From: Candidatus Enterousia sp.
GTDB taxonomy: Bacteria; Pseudomonadota; Alphaproteobacteria; Rs-D84
Assembly (NCBI GenBank): GCA_045616625.1
Contig: JAZLHA010000014.1
Span: 23,155-87,154, forward strand
Length of the DNA stretch: 64,000 nucleotides
Direction: 5' to 3'
Positions 16,731 to 26,010 of the stretch are shown one piece after another. A program made the translations under genes and the position numbers. The notes under the pieces are model-generated. The model ran no database searches. It saw nothing but the letters and a program-made list of their open reading frames with translations, and had not been told where the DNA came from. Each line of letters begins with the position of its first letter. Within the stretch, counting starts at the first letter, position 1.

Positions 16731-18899
16731 TTATTTTGATTTTTCTTCACCAGTTTTCTGATTAATACCAACCATAGACAAACGAGTTTTACCGCGTTTA
16801 TCTGTGCCCATGTATTTTACGTATACTGTATCGCCTTCCTTGTATTTTGTGTCAGCGATTTTTTCAATACGTTCACCAGTGATTTCAGAAATGTGAACCA
16901 TAGATTCAAATCCATTCAAGATTTTTACGAACAAACCAAAATCTTTGATTCCTGAAATTGTACCACGATAGATAACACCAACTTCTGGTTCTGCAACAAT
17001 GTCTTTGATACGTGCAATTGCTGCATCAGCATTTTCCTTAGCGGATGCCATAATTTTGATTGTTCCATCATCTTCCAATTCGATTTGTGTATCTGTCTCG
17101 CGCGTCAGTGCCTGAATAACAACACCACCCTTGCCGATAACATCACGCACCTTGTCTGGATTGATTTTCATTGTGTATGCCTGTGGTGCAAATTCAGATA
17201 CAGATTTACGTGGGGCCTTAATTGCCTTTTCAATCTTGCCCAAGATATGCATACGACCATCTTTTGCCTGAGCTAAAGCATGTTTCATGATATCAAATGT
17301 AATAGATGTGATTTTAATATCCATCTGTAACGCGGTAATACCGTCTTTGGTTCCAGTCACTTTAAAGTCCATGTCACCAAGGTGGTCTTCGTCACCCAAG
17401 ATATCAGTCAAAATAGCGTAATCATCACCTTCTTTGATTAACCCCATTGCGATACCAGCAACCGGACGTTTTAATGGAACACCGCCGTCCATCATAGCAA
17501 GTGTTGCGCCACATGTTGTCGCCATAGAAGAAGAACCATTTGATTCCAAAATATCGGAACATACGCGAATGACATAGTCAAATTCACTGCGGCTTGGCAC
17601 CATTGGGTGCAATGCACGCCATGCCAAATTACCATGCCCTAATTCACGACGACCAGGCGATTTCAAACCTTTGGCTTCACCCACAGAATAACCAGGGAAG
17701 TTATAGTTCAAGATAAAGTCGCGTTCTTCGTCACCATCTAGTGATTCCAAAGGAAGTGCATCCTTGCCACCACCAAGTGTTAACGATACCAAAGCCTGTG
17801 TTTCACCGCGTGTGAACAATGCAGAACCATGTGCGCGTGGCAGAACACCCAATTCAATTTCAATTGGACGAACTGTTTTAGTATCACGACCGTCAATACG
17901 TGGTTTACCGTCCAAGATATTACCACGCATAATACGTGCAGTAATGTTTTCAACAATTTCATCCGCCCATGATTCCAATGTTGATTGAGCATATGTTGTG
18001 TCTGCAAACAATTCTGGAATCATTGCCTTGGCCTCTGAATGAATATTTGCTAAAGTTTCCAAACGAACCAATTTTTCTTTTATCAACAAAGCATCAGCAA
18101 TTTTATCAGCGAACTGTTCAAAAACTTCTTTCATTTTGATTTGTTCTGGTGTCTCTGTTGGTGTTTCCCAACGTTCTTTACCAGCCTTTTCAGCAAATTC
18201 GTTGATAGCGTTGATAACAGCCTGTTGTTCATCAAAACCGAATTTAACCGCACCCAATGTTGTTTCTTCGTCTAATTCACCGATTTCAGATTCAACCATC
18301 AACACACCATCTTTAGTTGCAGCAACGACCAAATCCATTTCTGATTCTTCTACTTGTTTCTTGGAAGGATTCAAAATGTATTTACCGTCCATATAACCAA
18401 CACGTGCTGCACCAATTGGTCCCTGGAAAGGAACACCAGATAACGCAAGCGCCGCAGATGATGCAATCATTGCCAAAATATCAGGTTGGTTTTTCTTGTC
18501 ATAAGAAAACACCTGGGCAATTATTTGAACCTTGTTTTTAAATGTTTCTGGGAACAAAGGACGAATAGGGCGATCAATCAAACGCGCAATAAGTGTTTCA
18601 GATACTGACGCCTTGCCTTCACGTCTATCGCGGGAACCCGGAATACGACCAGCGGACGCATATTTTTCCTGGTAATCAACAGTTAATGGAAAGAAATCTT
18701 GACCTTCAACTGCGGTCTTTTCAGCACACACCGTTGCCAAAACCATTGTTCCACCCATTGTTGCCAACACGGCACCATTTGCCTGTTTCGCCATACGGCC
18801 AGTTTCCAAACGCAGTGTTTCATCCCCGTATGGAATTTCAACCACGATTGGATTGTTTAATTTTTGTTTTTCGTTTTTATTTATCAAACCAAATAACAT
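16731..18899 (-). CDS. pnp: Polyribonucleotide nucleotidyltransferase (PNPase)
   Basis: Two RNase PH domains plus KH and S1 domains, with a typical N-terminus (..GRMAKQANGAV..) and an S1 C-terminus. Confidence 0.95.
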   Translation of the reverse strand: MLFGLINKNEKQKLNNPIVVEIPYGDETLRLETGRMAKQANGAVLATMGGTMVLATVCAEKTAVEGQDFFPLTVDYQEKYASAGRIPGSRDRREGKASVSETLIARLIDRPIRPLFPETFKNKVQIIAQVFSYDKKNQPDILAMIASSAALALSGVPFQGPIGAARVGYMDGKYILNPSKKQVEESEMDLVVAATKDGVLMVESEIGELDEETTLGAVKFGFDEQQAVINAINEFAEKAGKERWETPTETPEQIKMKEVFEQFADKIADALLIKEKLVRLETLANIHSEAKAMIPELFADTTYAQSTLESWADEIVENITARIMRGNILDGKPRIDGRDTKTVRPIEIELGVLPRAHGSALFTRGETQALVSLTLGGGKDALPLESLDGDEERDFILNYNFPGYSVGEAKGLKSPGRRELGHGNLAWRALHPMVPSRSEFDYVIRVCSDILESNGSSSMATTCGATLAMMDGGVPLKRPVAGIAMGLIKEGDDYAILTDILGDEDHLGDMDFKVTGTKDGITALQMDIKITSITFDIMKHALAQAKDGRMHILGKIEKAIKAPRKSVSEFAPQAYTMKINPDKVRDVIGKGGVVIQALTRETDTQIELEDDGTIKIMASAKENADAAIARIKDIVAEPEVGVIYRGTISGIKDFGLFVKILNGFESMVHISEITGERIEKIADTKYKEGDTVYVKYMGTDKRGKTRLSMVGINQKTGEEKSK

Positions 18900-18935
18900 T
18901 AGTTTTCTCCATTGTTTTAAAAGTTCATTTTCTTT

Positions 18936-19000
18936 GCGGAGAAAATTATTCGTTTTTACGTTCTGCTTAAAAACGCAAGAAAGAACAATTTCAACTCCGC
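18936..19000 (-). promoter_or_regulatory. Compound hairpin in the pnp 5' leader
   Basis: Outer pairing GCGGAG/CTCCGC encloses an inner pairing CGTTTTT/AAAAACG. It lies 37-100 nt upstream of the pnp start. Confidence 0.35.
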
Positions 19001-19045
19001 ACTTTTGATTATAAGCAATTATTATTACTTTGCAAATATTTTAAC

Positions 19046-19069
19046 AAAAAATCCGCAAATGCGGATTTT
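19046..19069 (-). terminator. Rho-independent terminator of the membrane-protein gene upstream of pnp
   Basis: ATCCGC-aaat-GCGGAT, with a T-run on the minus strand. Confidence 0.7.
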
Positions 19070-19664
19070 AATTAATACATGTTATTGCAACACTTGGGTT
19101 TTTAAGCCAAAACCAACCTGTATGATAATCTGTTAAATATATTGTCAGTATAAACAGTGCTAAAATCCCAACAACAAACATAACATTGTTGCGTTTGCCA
19201 CGCATGCAATACACCGCGATATTATAGAACAAGAATAATACCCAAATATCGGTCAAAATACTTATAACCCACATAGACCAACAATTAAACGCCAATGAAT
19301 TTAATACCAATATAACAGGATAAATAAAAAATATAGACGCCAAGCCCTTGATTGCTATTTCCCAGTCACGTTCACCACCTGTTATCTCTGACACCAACAT
19401 TAACAAACCGCCAACTACAAATAATAATGTCACAGCCAACACAGGAACAATGATAATTGCACTAAATACTGAACCAATTGTTATTGTTGCGTGCCCCAAC
19501 AACCGTAACCCCAAAACTAATAGTCCACCAATTAAACCATAAATAAACGCCTTGAACATAGATTCTTCCAAATTGCCATCAGCAACAATGTGAGTAAAAA
19601 ATTGTTTGGGCTGAATGATTACATCAAAAATATGTTTAATACCGTTTTTAATTTTTTTAAGCAT
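19068..19664 (-). CDS. Polytopic inner-membrane protein (possibly Yip1-domain family)
   Basis: ~5 predicted TM helices follow a short cytosolic N-terminus. The family assignment is tentative. Confidence 0.6.
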   Translation of the reverse strand: MLKKIKNGIKHIFDVIIQPKQFFTHIVADGNLEESMFKAFIYGLIGGLLVLGLRLLGHATITIGSVFSAIIIVPVLAVTLLFVVGGLLMLVSEITGGERDWEIAIKGLASIFFIYPVILVLNSLAFNCWSMWVISILTDIWVLFLFYNIAVYCMRGKRNNVMFVVGILALFILTIYLTDYHTGWFWLKNPSVAITCIN

Positions 19665-19730
19665 TTTTGCCCCCTTGGTTTGATTATTTATATTTTTGCT
19701 TTATAATAGTAAAAAATCAACGGAAAAATT

Positions 19731-21056
19731 ATGATAAAAGTCACTATTGCGGGTCGCCCGAACACTGGTAAATCAACTTTATTCAACGCGTTAACAAATA
19801 CGCGTGACGCCCTTGTACACGATAGGCCGGGTGTCACACGTGATACAATTTCCGGAAATTTCTATAATCGCCCGTACCAGTTGTTTGATACGGCGGGCCT
19901 AGAAAATGCTAAATCTGGAATTGCTCTCGACTCAACCCAAATGGCATTTGATGCAATTTCATCAGCCGACGCAATATTATTTGTTGTTGATGGACGGGTT
20001 GGTTTAACATCAGACGATATAAATTGGGCAAAAAATGTCCGTCGTAAAACCAAGTCACCTGTATTATTGCTTATAAACAAAACCGAATCAGAAAAACGAT
20101 TGTCTGATATAAACGAATTTTATAAATTGGGTTTTGGTGCACCTGTTTTAATATCTGCGGAACATAAACGCGGATTCAATGAAATTTATGAATTTTTAGA
20201 TAAAATTTCTGGTTCTAATACAGAAACAGAAAAGGTTGCAGACACCCGATTAAAAATAGCGGTTTTGGGACAACCAAATGTTGGGAAATCAACATTTGTA
20301 AATCGTGTTTTGGGTGAAAAGCGTCAGATAGTTCAAAATATGCCGGGCGTAACGCGGGACACTGTTAAAATACCAACGCACTTTTATGGTCGTGATATTG
20401 TTTTAATGGATACGGCGGGTCTGCGTCGCAAGGCGGGCGTGACGGACGATGTTGAAACATTATCTGCATTAAAATCATTGGACGCCATTGACAAGGCTGA
20501 CGTTGTAATTTTAATGGTTGATGCAACAGGCAACATTGAAAATCAGGCATTGGGAATTGCGGGTCGTGTTTATGATGCTGGTAAAATTTTATGTGTTGCA
20601 TTGAACAAGTGGGACTTGGTTGACACAGAAATTAGGGAAGAAAAATTATTAAAATTAAAACACCAGTTTGCAAATTCTTTTCACCAGATTATAAAGCCTT
20701 TGATTTTAGCAATATCAGCTGAAACTGGAACAGGTGTTAATAATATGTTTAAACGAATTTATGAACAATGGGACGTTTCAAACGCTCAGGTTCCAACAAG
20801 TTTGTTAAACCGTATTGTTGAAAAGTTGGTTGCTGATCGCCAGCCGCCAATGTCGCGATTAAAACGCGCAATGAAAATAAAATTTGCGCACCAGACTGGT
20901 CGTCATCCTATGAAAATTTCAATAAATGTTGGTGGTGCATCTGATATTCCTGAATCATATACCAGGTATCTACGTCGTGGAATTGCAACGGCGTTAAAGT
21001 GGGAACATTTACCGATAGAGATAAAATACGAAAAATCTGAAAATCCATTTGATTAA
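19731..21056 (+). CDS. der: Ribosome-biogenesis GTPase Der/EngA (double GTPase domains)
   Basis: Two G1 motifs (GRPNTGKST and GQPNVGKST), two DTAG motifs, and NK(T/W)D motifs. Confidence 0.95.
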   Translation: MIKVTIAGRPNTGKSTLFNALTNTRDALVHDRPGVTRDTISGNFYNRPYQLFDTAGLENAKSGIALDSTQMAFDAISSADAILFVVDGRVGLTSDDINWAKNVRRKTKSPVLLLINKTESEKRLSDINEFYKLGFGAPVLISAEHKRGFNEIYEFLDKISGSNTETEKVADTRLKIAVLGQPNVGKSTFVNRVLGEKRQIVQNMPGVTRDTVKIPTHFYGRDIVLMDTAGLRRKAGVTDDVETLSALKSLDAIDKADVVILMVDATGNIENQALGIAGRVYDAGKILCVALNKWDLVDTEIREEKLLKLKHQFANSFHQIIKPLILAISAETGTGVNNMFKRIYEQWDVSNAQVPTSLLNRIVEKLVADRQPPMSRLKRAMKIKFAHQTGRHPMKISINVGGASDIPESYTRYLRRGIATALKWEHLPIEIKYEKSENPFD

Positions 21057-21100
21057 AAAAACGCCCTAAACTTAGAGCGTTTTTATTGTTTGTTTTTATT

Positions 21101-22060
21101 TTAATTTAACTGCCCAACTAATGTTTGTAAACGTGTCACTGTATCAGTATCATTCAATGCAGTTGCAATTTTAATTGCATACTGTAAATCAGAAATAGCC
21201 GCAACAGTATTTCCCAAATTAACATTTAATGCCGCAGATTTTTCTAAATACTGCATCGCATCCGCAGATAAAGATTCGTTTTGTTCCATTGTGGTTGCAC
21301 CCTGAATTTGTTCGGATATAACACGCAATGCAGACGAATAATCGTTTATTGCTTCTGCATAATTACCCATAGCAGTATATGCTTCTGCCCTTTCGGCATA
21401 AACATTTGGACTAACAATTCCATCAGGACGTGCTAATGAATTTGTATAATCAGCAATTGCACCTTCCCAATTTTTTAACCACAAATTTAATTGACCGCGT
21501 TTTGCATACAAATCACGTTCTTGTAATGGGCTGTTACCATTTGCCGACAATGCCAATGCGTTATTAATATCGTTTAATGCAGATTCATAATTTTCCATAC
21601 GCATTGCAAGTAATGCACGATCATAATACGCTAATGCGTTTGTTTTATCATTTGCAATAGCATTATTAAAATCATCTAATGCTTTACGTAAATCACCAGA
21701 TTGCATATATGCCTCTCCGCGTGCAGTATATGCAGCAACACTTCCAGATTCAATCGATGTTGTTAATTCTGTAATTGCACCATCTATATCACCAGCAACT
21801 AATTTCTCATGGCCAGATGAAAAATAATCATTTGCCTGTAATAATTGTTCTTCAGCAACAAGTGCTGTACTTGTCACAGTTGCATTATGTGAACGACCCA
21901 AAATATAAAACGTTGCAGCGATAAAGAATAAAATTATAAACCAATAAACATAAATTGCACCAGACCAACCATTGTTCGATTTTGGTTTTGCAACAGGTAT
22001 CGCCACATGTGCCATTGGCTTTGTTTTTGCTTTCTTTGCAACAGGTGTTTTCTTTTTCAT
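21101..22060 (-). CDS. Membrane-anchored TPR-repeat protein
   Basis: One N-terminal TM helix followed by repeated A..Y..RG/A..Y TPR-like 34-aa units. Confidence 0.7.
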   Translation of the reverse strand: MKKKTPVAKKAKTKPMAHVAIPVAKPKSNNGWSGAIYVYWFIILFFIAATFYILGRSHNATVTSTALVAEEQLLQANDYFSSGHEKLVAGDIDGAITELTTSIESGSVAAYTARGEAYMQSGDLRKALDDFNNAIANDKTNALAYYDRALLAMRMENYESALNDINNALALSANGNSPLQERDLYAKRGQLNLWLKNWEGAIADYTNSLARPDGIVSPNVYAERAEAYTAMGNYAEAINDYSSALRVISEQIQGATTMEQNESLSADAMQYLEKSAALNVNLGNTVAAISDLQYAIKIATALNDTDTVTRLQTLVGQLN

Positions 22061-22092
22061 AAAAATCTCCCTCTTTTATATATACTTAGAGT

Positions 22093-22788
22093 TTAGATTT
22101 TTTTTAATATCAGGTCAATTGTTTTCTTATCAATTCGTTTTATTTTGCCAACGGATAAATTTCCTAAATCTATATTACCATACTTAATACGATGTAAAGC
22201 AGAAACTGGTGCACCACACGCACGCAAAACAATTCTTATTTCGTTCTTTTTACCCTCAGTTGTGGTGACTTCTAATTTGTTATCGTCTATGACTTTTATT
22301 TCCATTGGGCGATATTTAATTCCATCCACTATTATTCCGCGACGCGCCTTGTCTAAATTTTTTGTATTTCCGTTTGTTGTTGCAATATATGTTCGTGAAA
22401 CATTAGATGATGGTAATGTCAACTCACGTGCCAATTCACCATCATTGGTTAATAACAATAAACCTGTTGTTTTGAAATCAAGACGTCCAATATATTTTAA
22501 ATTATGATATTTTAAATCAAAACAGTCATAAATTGTTTTACGACCTTTTGGGTCACTGCGCGTTGTCATGGTGTTTATTGGCTTATTAAACATATATAAT
22601 TCTATTTCAGAATTTGTGGAAACAATATTTCCGTCCACACACACAACATCAGAATCATTTATAAAAGTCGCAGGTGAATCTATTATTTCGCCATTTACAG
22701 AAACACGGCCAGATGCAATCATACGCTCCGCTTCGCGTCGTGAAGCGATAGAAGAATTTGATAAAAATTTTGCAATACGTATTGTCAT
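22093..22788 (-). CDS. RsuA/RluB-family rRNA pseudouridine synthase
   Basis: N-terminal S4 domain (RIAKFLSNSSIASRREAERMIASGRVSVNG) and catalytic motif GRLDFKTTGLLLLTNDG. Confidence 0.85.
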   Translation of the reverse strand: MTIRIAKFLSNSSIASRREAERMIASGRVSVNGEIIDSPATFINDSDVVCVDGNIVSTNSEIELYMFNKPINTMTTRSDPKGRKTIYDCFDLKYHNLKYIGRLDFKTTGLLLLTNDGELARELTLPSSNVSRTYIATTNGNTKNLDKARRGIIVDGIKYRPMEIKVIDDNKLEVTTTEGKKNEIRIVLRACGAPVSALHRIKYGNIDLGNLSVGKIKRIDKKTIDLILKKI

Positions 22789-23435
22789 TTTAATATCTTT
22801 GCAATCGCAATTGGCGCCGCCAATTCTGCACGCAAAATTGTTTTACCCAGTGACAAACCACGTGCGCCATTGTCATCCAATATTTTAAATTCATTATCTG
22901 AAAACCCGCCCTCTGGCCCAACAAGAATATTCTTTGCACCACACGCCGATTTTGCAATATCACGACCATATGCCGCGCGTTCGTCAGCAAAAACCAAATC
23001 AGAAAATGGCAATTCCGAAAATTTAATAGGCGACGCAATAACAGGGACACTATTACGATTTGATTGTTCAGACGCCTCAATAACTATCTTTTTCATACGT
23101 TCCCAATTTATATGATTTGCAACAGTGCGTTCCATAATAACAGGAACAAATCTAGAGACACCCATTTGTGTCGCCATATTTAGCATATCATCCAATTTTT
23201 TAATTGGCGAAAAATAAAGAGAAACATCAACCGACGGGTCAGCGTGGGCCGTTTTTTCACCAACAATTAAATTATTTCCATCTAGTTTTGCATAAAATTC
23301 GTCGCCATTATTAAAAACCAAACATTCTGTATTTCGCATAACGTGCGACAAATAGTGCACTATTTCACGCGACACTGGTATTATAATACCAGATTTCAGA
23401 TTTGTATCTTGAAAAATTCTTGGAATATTTTTCAT
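22785..23435 (-). CDS. rsmE: 16S rRNA (uracil1498-N3)-methyltransferase
   Basis: RsmE-type SPOUT pattern, including GPEGGFSDNE near the C-terminus. Confidence 0.8.
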   Translation of the reverse strand: MKNIPRIFQDTNLKSGIIIPVSREIVHYLSHVMRNTECLVFNNGDEFYAKLDGNNLIVGEKTAHADPSVDVSLYFSPIKKLDDMLNMATQMGVSRFVPVIMERTVANHINWERMKKIVIEASEQSNRNSVPVIASPIKFSELPFSDLVFADERAAYGRDIAKSACGAKNILVGPEGGFSDNEFKILDDNGARGLSLGKTILRAELAAPIAIAKILK

Positions 23436-23490
23436 TTATTTGCATTTCCTGATTTATCATTAACAAATTTTCTGATATAATGATACTGAT

Positions 23491-25725
23491 ATGATAGCGA
23501 AAATCAAGATTTTATCCGCAAGTGGAAAGGGCAAAGGACTTGATATATTTAAGTCCAGCGCATACAAGGAACACGAACGCGGTCCAATGGCCCAGGCTTT
23601 TTGGGTTATTCGTTGGAATTGCGGAATGTGGATTTTGTGTGCAGTCGCATTTGCGCTATCTTTTATGGTTGAACATATTTGGCGTTATGGTTGGTCACCG
23701 GCTACATCACATTGGTGTAATTTGTATCTGGATATGTTACTGAATAGTGCGGGTCTGTCTGTGTTGGGTGAGGTTCCCGGCTGGATTTCCCGCTGCTTTA
23801 CACATCCAGACATTATGTGCATTATGCCGATATTACCATTCATAGCGTATTTCTTTTTATCTGATAAAACTTTTATCAAGGAATTTAACCCGTACGGTAA
23901 CGATAAATATGACAGTTCTTCTTCGCGCAAAGCAACAGCCGAAGATATAAAAAAGATGGGAAAATCCAAGGAAGGATTGTTCGCCGGGTTTATGATGGTT
24001 TTGGGTTATTTTAAGGACAAGGGTAAAGTAAAACCACTGATGATGGACGAATGTTTATCGACATTATGTGTGGCACCACCAGGAACTGGAAAAACCGAAG
24101 GTGTTGTTATTCCGACAATTTTTGATTGTAATACTGTTTCAATGATCATCAATGATCCGAAACCTGAATTAAAACAAAAAACATCCGGATATCGTGCAAC
24201 AATTGGGCCAGTATTTATTATGAATTGGGCGGGACAGGATGACCCAGCACGTGGCATTTATTATCCATCGTGGAATCCGTTATCCCCAGAACACGTTCCA
24301 TTTAATCCTGAACAACGCGATTTGTATATTGATACAATTTGTAATGTTTTGGTTCCTGACCACTCATCATCATCTGCCGATCCACACTGGTCTATTTCTG
24401 GGCGTGCTGGACTTTCTGGGTTAATACAGTTTATAGTGTCCAAGGTTGAACGTGCCAAGGCAAATGATTATTTTTATCACAGGTTGGAAACCGGTGAATT
24501 TAATGCCGAAGATGCAAATGTTTTGGCTGATTATTATATGTCTATGATGAACGATCCAAATGCTTATGCTGCACTTGGGTTATTACAACGCGGTGAACTG
24601 AATCTGATGAATTATGTTCATGTTGGCACATGGGATAAAATTCCACAATCATGGCTGGGGCACGAGGCGTCTCTTGCCATGATTCTTGATTGGTTAAATG
24701 CGGCACAGTTGGCAAATGCCGAAGAATTAGAAAACCGTCGTCGTGCTGGCGATCAAATGGTCGCACTCGCTGACCCTATGCGTGATGTATTAGAGGCTGC
24801 CGTTAACGAAGCCCGACAATACGCATACGCCCATAGGTGTATTTTGGAATTAACCCAACTTGCAAACACACCTGACAAAGAACGTGGTTCTATTTTATCC
24901 ACTATTATGGAGGGCTTAAGTATATTCCGTAATTCTGCCGTCCGTAACAGAACGAGCCATTCTGATTTCCATTTTGAGGACCTGCGCGGTATGGTTGATC
25001 CAACTGACGGCAAGATTAAACCAGTGACGGTATATCTATCTATCAATATGGTTGATGCCCAGGCATTGAACCCTATTACCGGTATATTTATTGAATTAAT
25101 GTCTAACTTCTTACTTGCAAACGCACCAGACAGCGTGAATATCAGTGGGCAAAAAATGGGACCATATCCTGTATTATTCGTGTTGGACGAAATGCCTAAA
25201 ATGGCAAAATTACAGGCTGTGATTCAGGGACCTGATTTAGGACGCGGCCAACAAATATCATACCTGATTATCGGCCAGGACATTCATCAGATTCAGGAAA
25301 AATACGGTGCAGATGCGGCGGCAACCATTATATCAACAACCGCTGCTAAAATCGTAATGCGGCAAAATGACCCAGATACCGCAAAACGCTTTTCAGATAT
25401 GATGGGTAACGAAATCAAAAAAGAAAAAAAAGAAAAAGATGGTAAAGAGATCGAAGAAACCAAGGAAAAATTACTTTATAGTCCGATGGATATTATGAAA
25501 CTAGCCGACGATAAACAACTTGTTATATTCCAGGGATGGTATCACCGACCGATTGAGGCCGAAAAACATTTCGCCTTTAAAGATGAAAGATTATTAAAGT
25601 ATAGAGCAATGGGAGAATCTTTACCACTACCTGAATTTTTAATTCCATCACATCATGCGGCATTGGGCTATGCTGGCCGGCCACGTGTATATGAAAAGAA
25701 AACAAACACCACCAAAGAATTGTAA
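23491..25725 (+). CDS. virD4: Type IV secretion coupling protein VirD4/TraG family
   Basis: N-terminal TM segments, Walker A APPGTGKTEGVV, and Walker B-like VLFVLDEMP. Confidence 0.85.
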   Translation: MIAKIKILSASGKGKGLDIFKSSAYKEHERGPMAQAFWVIRWNCGMWILCAVAFALSFMVEHIWRYGWSPATSHWCNLYLDMLLNSAGLSVLGEVPGWISRCFTHPDIMCIMPILPFIAYFFLSDKTFIKEFNPYGNDKYDSSSSRKATAEDIKKMGKSKEGLFAGFMMVLGYFKDKGKVKPLMMDECLSTLCVAPPGTGKTEGVVIPTIFDCNTVSMIINDPKPELKQKTSGYRATIGPVFIMNWAGQDDPARGIYYPSWNPLSPEHVPFNPEQRDLYIDTICNVLVPDHSSSSADPHWSISGRAGLSGLIQFIVSKVERAKANDYFYHRLETGEFNAEDANVLADYYMSMMNDPNAYAALGLLQRGELNLMNYVHVGTWDKIPQSWLGHEASLAMILDWLNAAQLANAEELENRRRAGDQMVALADPMRDVLEAAVNEARQYAYAHRCILELTQLANTPDKERGSILSTIMEGLSIFRNSAVRNRTSHSDFHFEDLRGMVDPTDGKIKPVTVYLSINMVDAQALNPITGIFIELMSNFLLANAPDSVNISGQKMGPYPVLFVLDEMPKMAKLQAVIQGPDLGRGQQISYLIIGQDIHQIQEKYGADAAATIISTTAAKIVMRQNDPDTAKRFSDMMGNEIKKEKKEKDGKEIEETKEKLLYSPMDIMKLADDKQLVIFQGWYHRPIEAEKHFAFKDERLLKYRAMGESLPLPEFLIPSHHAALGYAGRPRVYEKKTNTTKEL

Positions 25726-25779
25726 ACTTAAAAATAAGTGGAAATATCAAAAAAGATATATTATGATATGCCCCGTATT

Positions 25780-25855
25780 GCCGGAGTAGCTCAGTTGGTA
25801 GAGCATCTCATTCGTAATGAGGGGGTCGTGTGTCCGAGTCACATCTCCGGCACCA
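25780..25855 (+). tRNA. tRNA-Thr (anticodon CGU)
   Basis: Cloverleaf: GCCGGAG/CTCCGGC acceptor stem, anticodon loop TTCGTAA. The T loop reads TCCGAGT, so position 55 is C. Confidence 0.9.
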
Positions 25856-25948
25856 CGATTTTATCAAATCTTTATTTGATTTTTTCGTGAAACGATTGTA
25901 TAGTCTGAATTATGAACAACAAAGGTATAATTATTATTAAATAACCCT

Positions 25949-25991
25949 CACTGCGCTTTAGCGGTGGCTGGGGCGCGTGAGCGCCTTTTTT
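25949..25991 (+). terminator. Two tandem GC hairpins; the second is a terminator followed by T6, ending 20 nt before the ileS ATG.
   Basis: CACTGC-gcttta-GCGGTG, then GGCGC-gtga-GCGCC-TTTTTT. Confidence 0.6.
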
Positions 25992-26010
25992 AATATAACG
26001 GAGTATAAAC

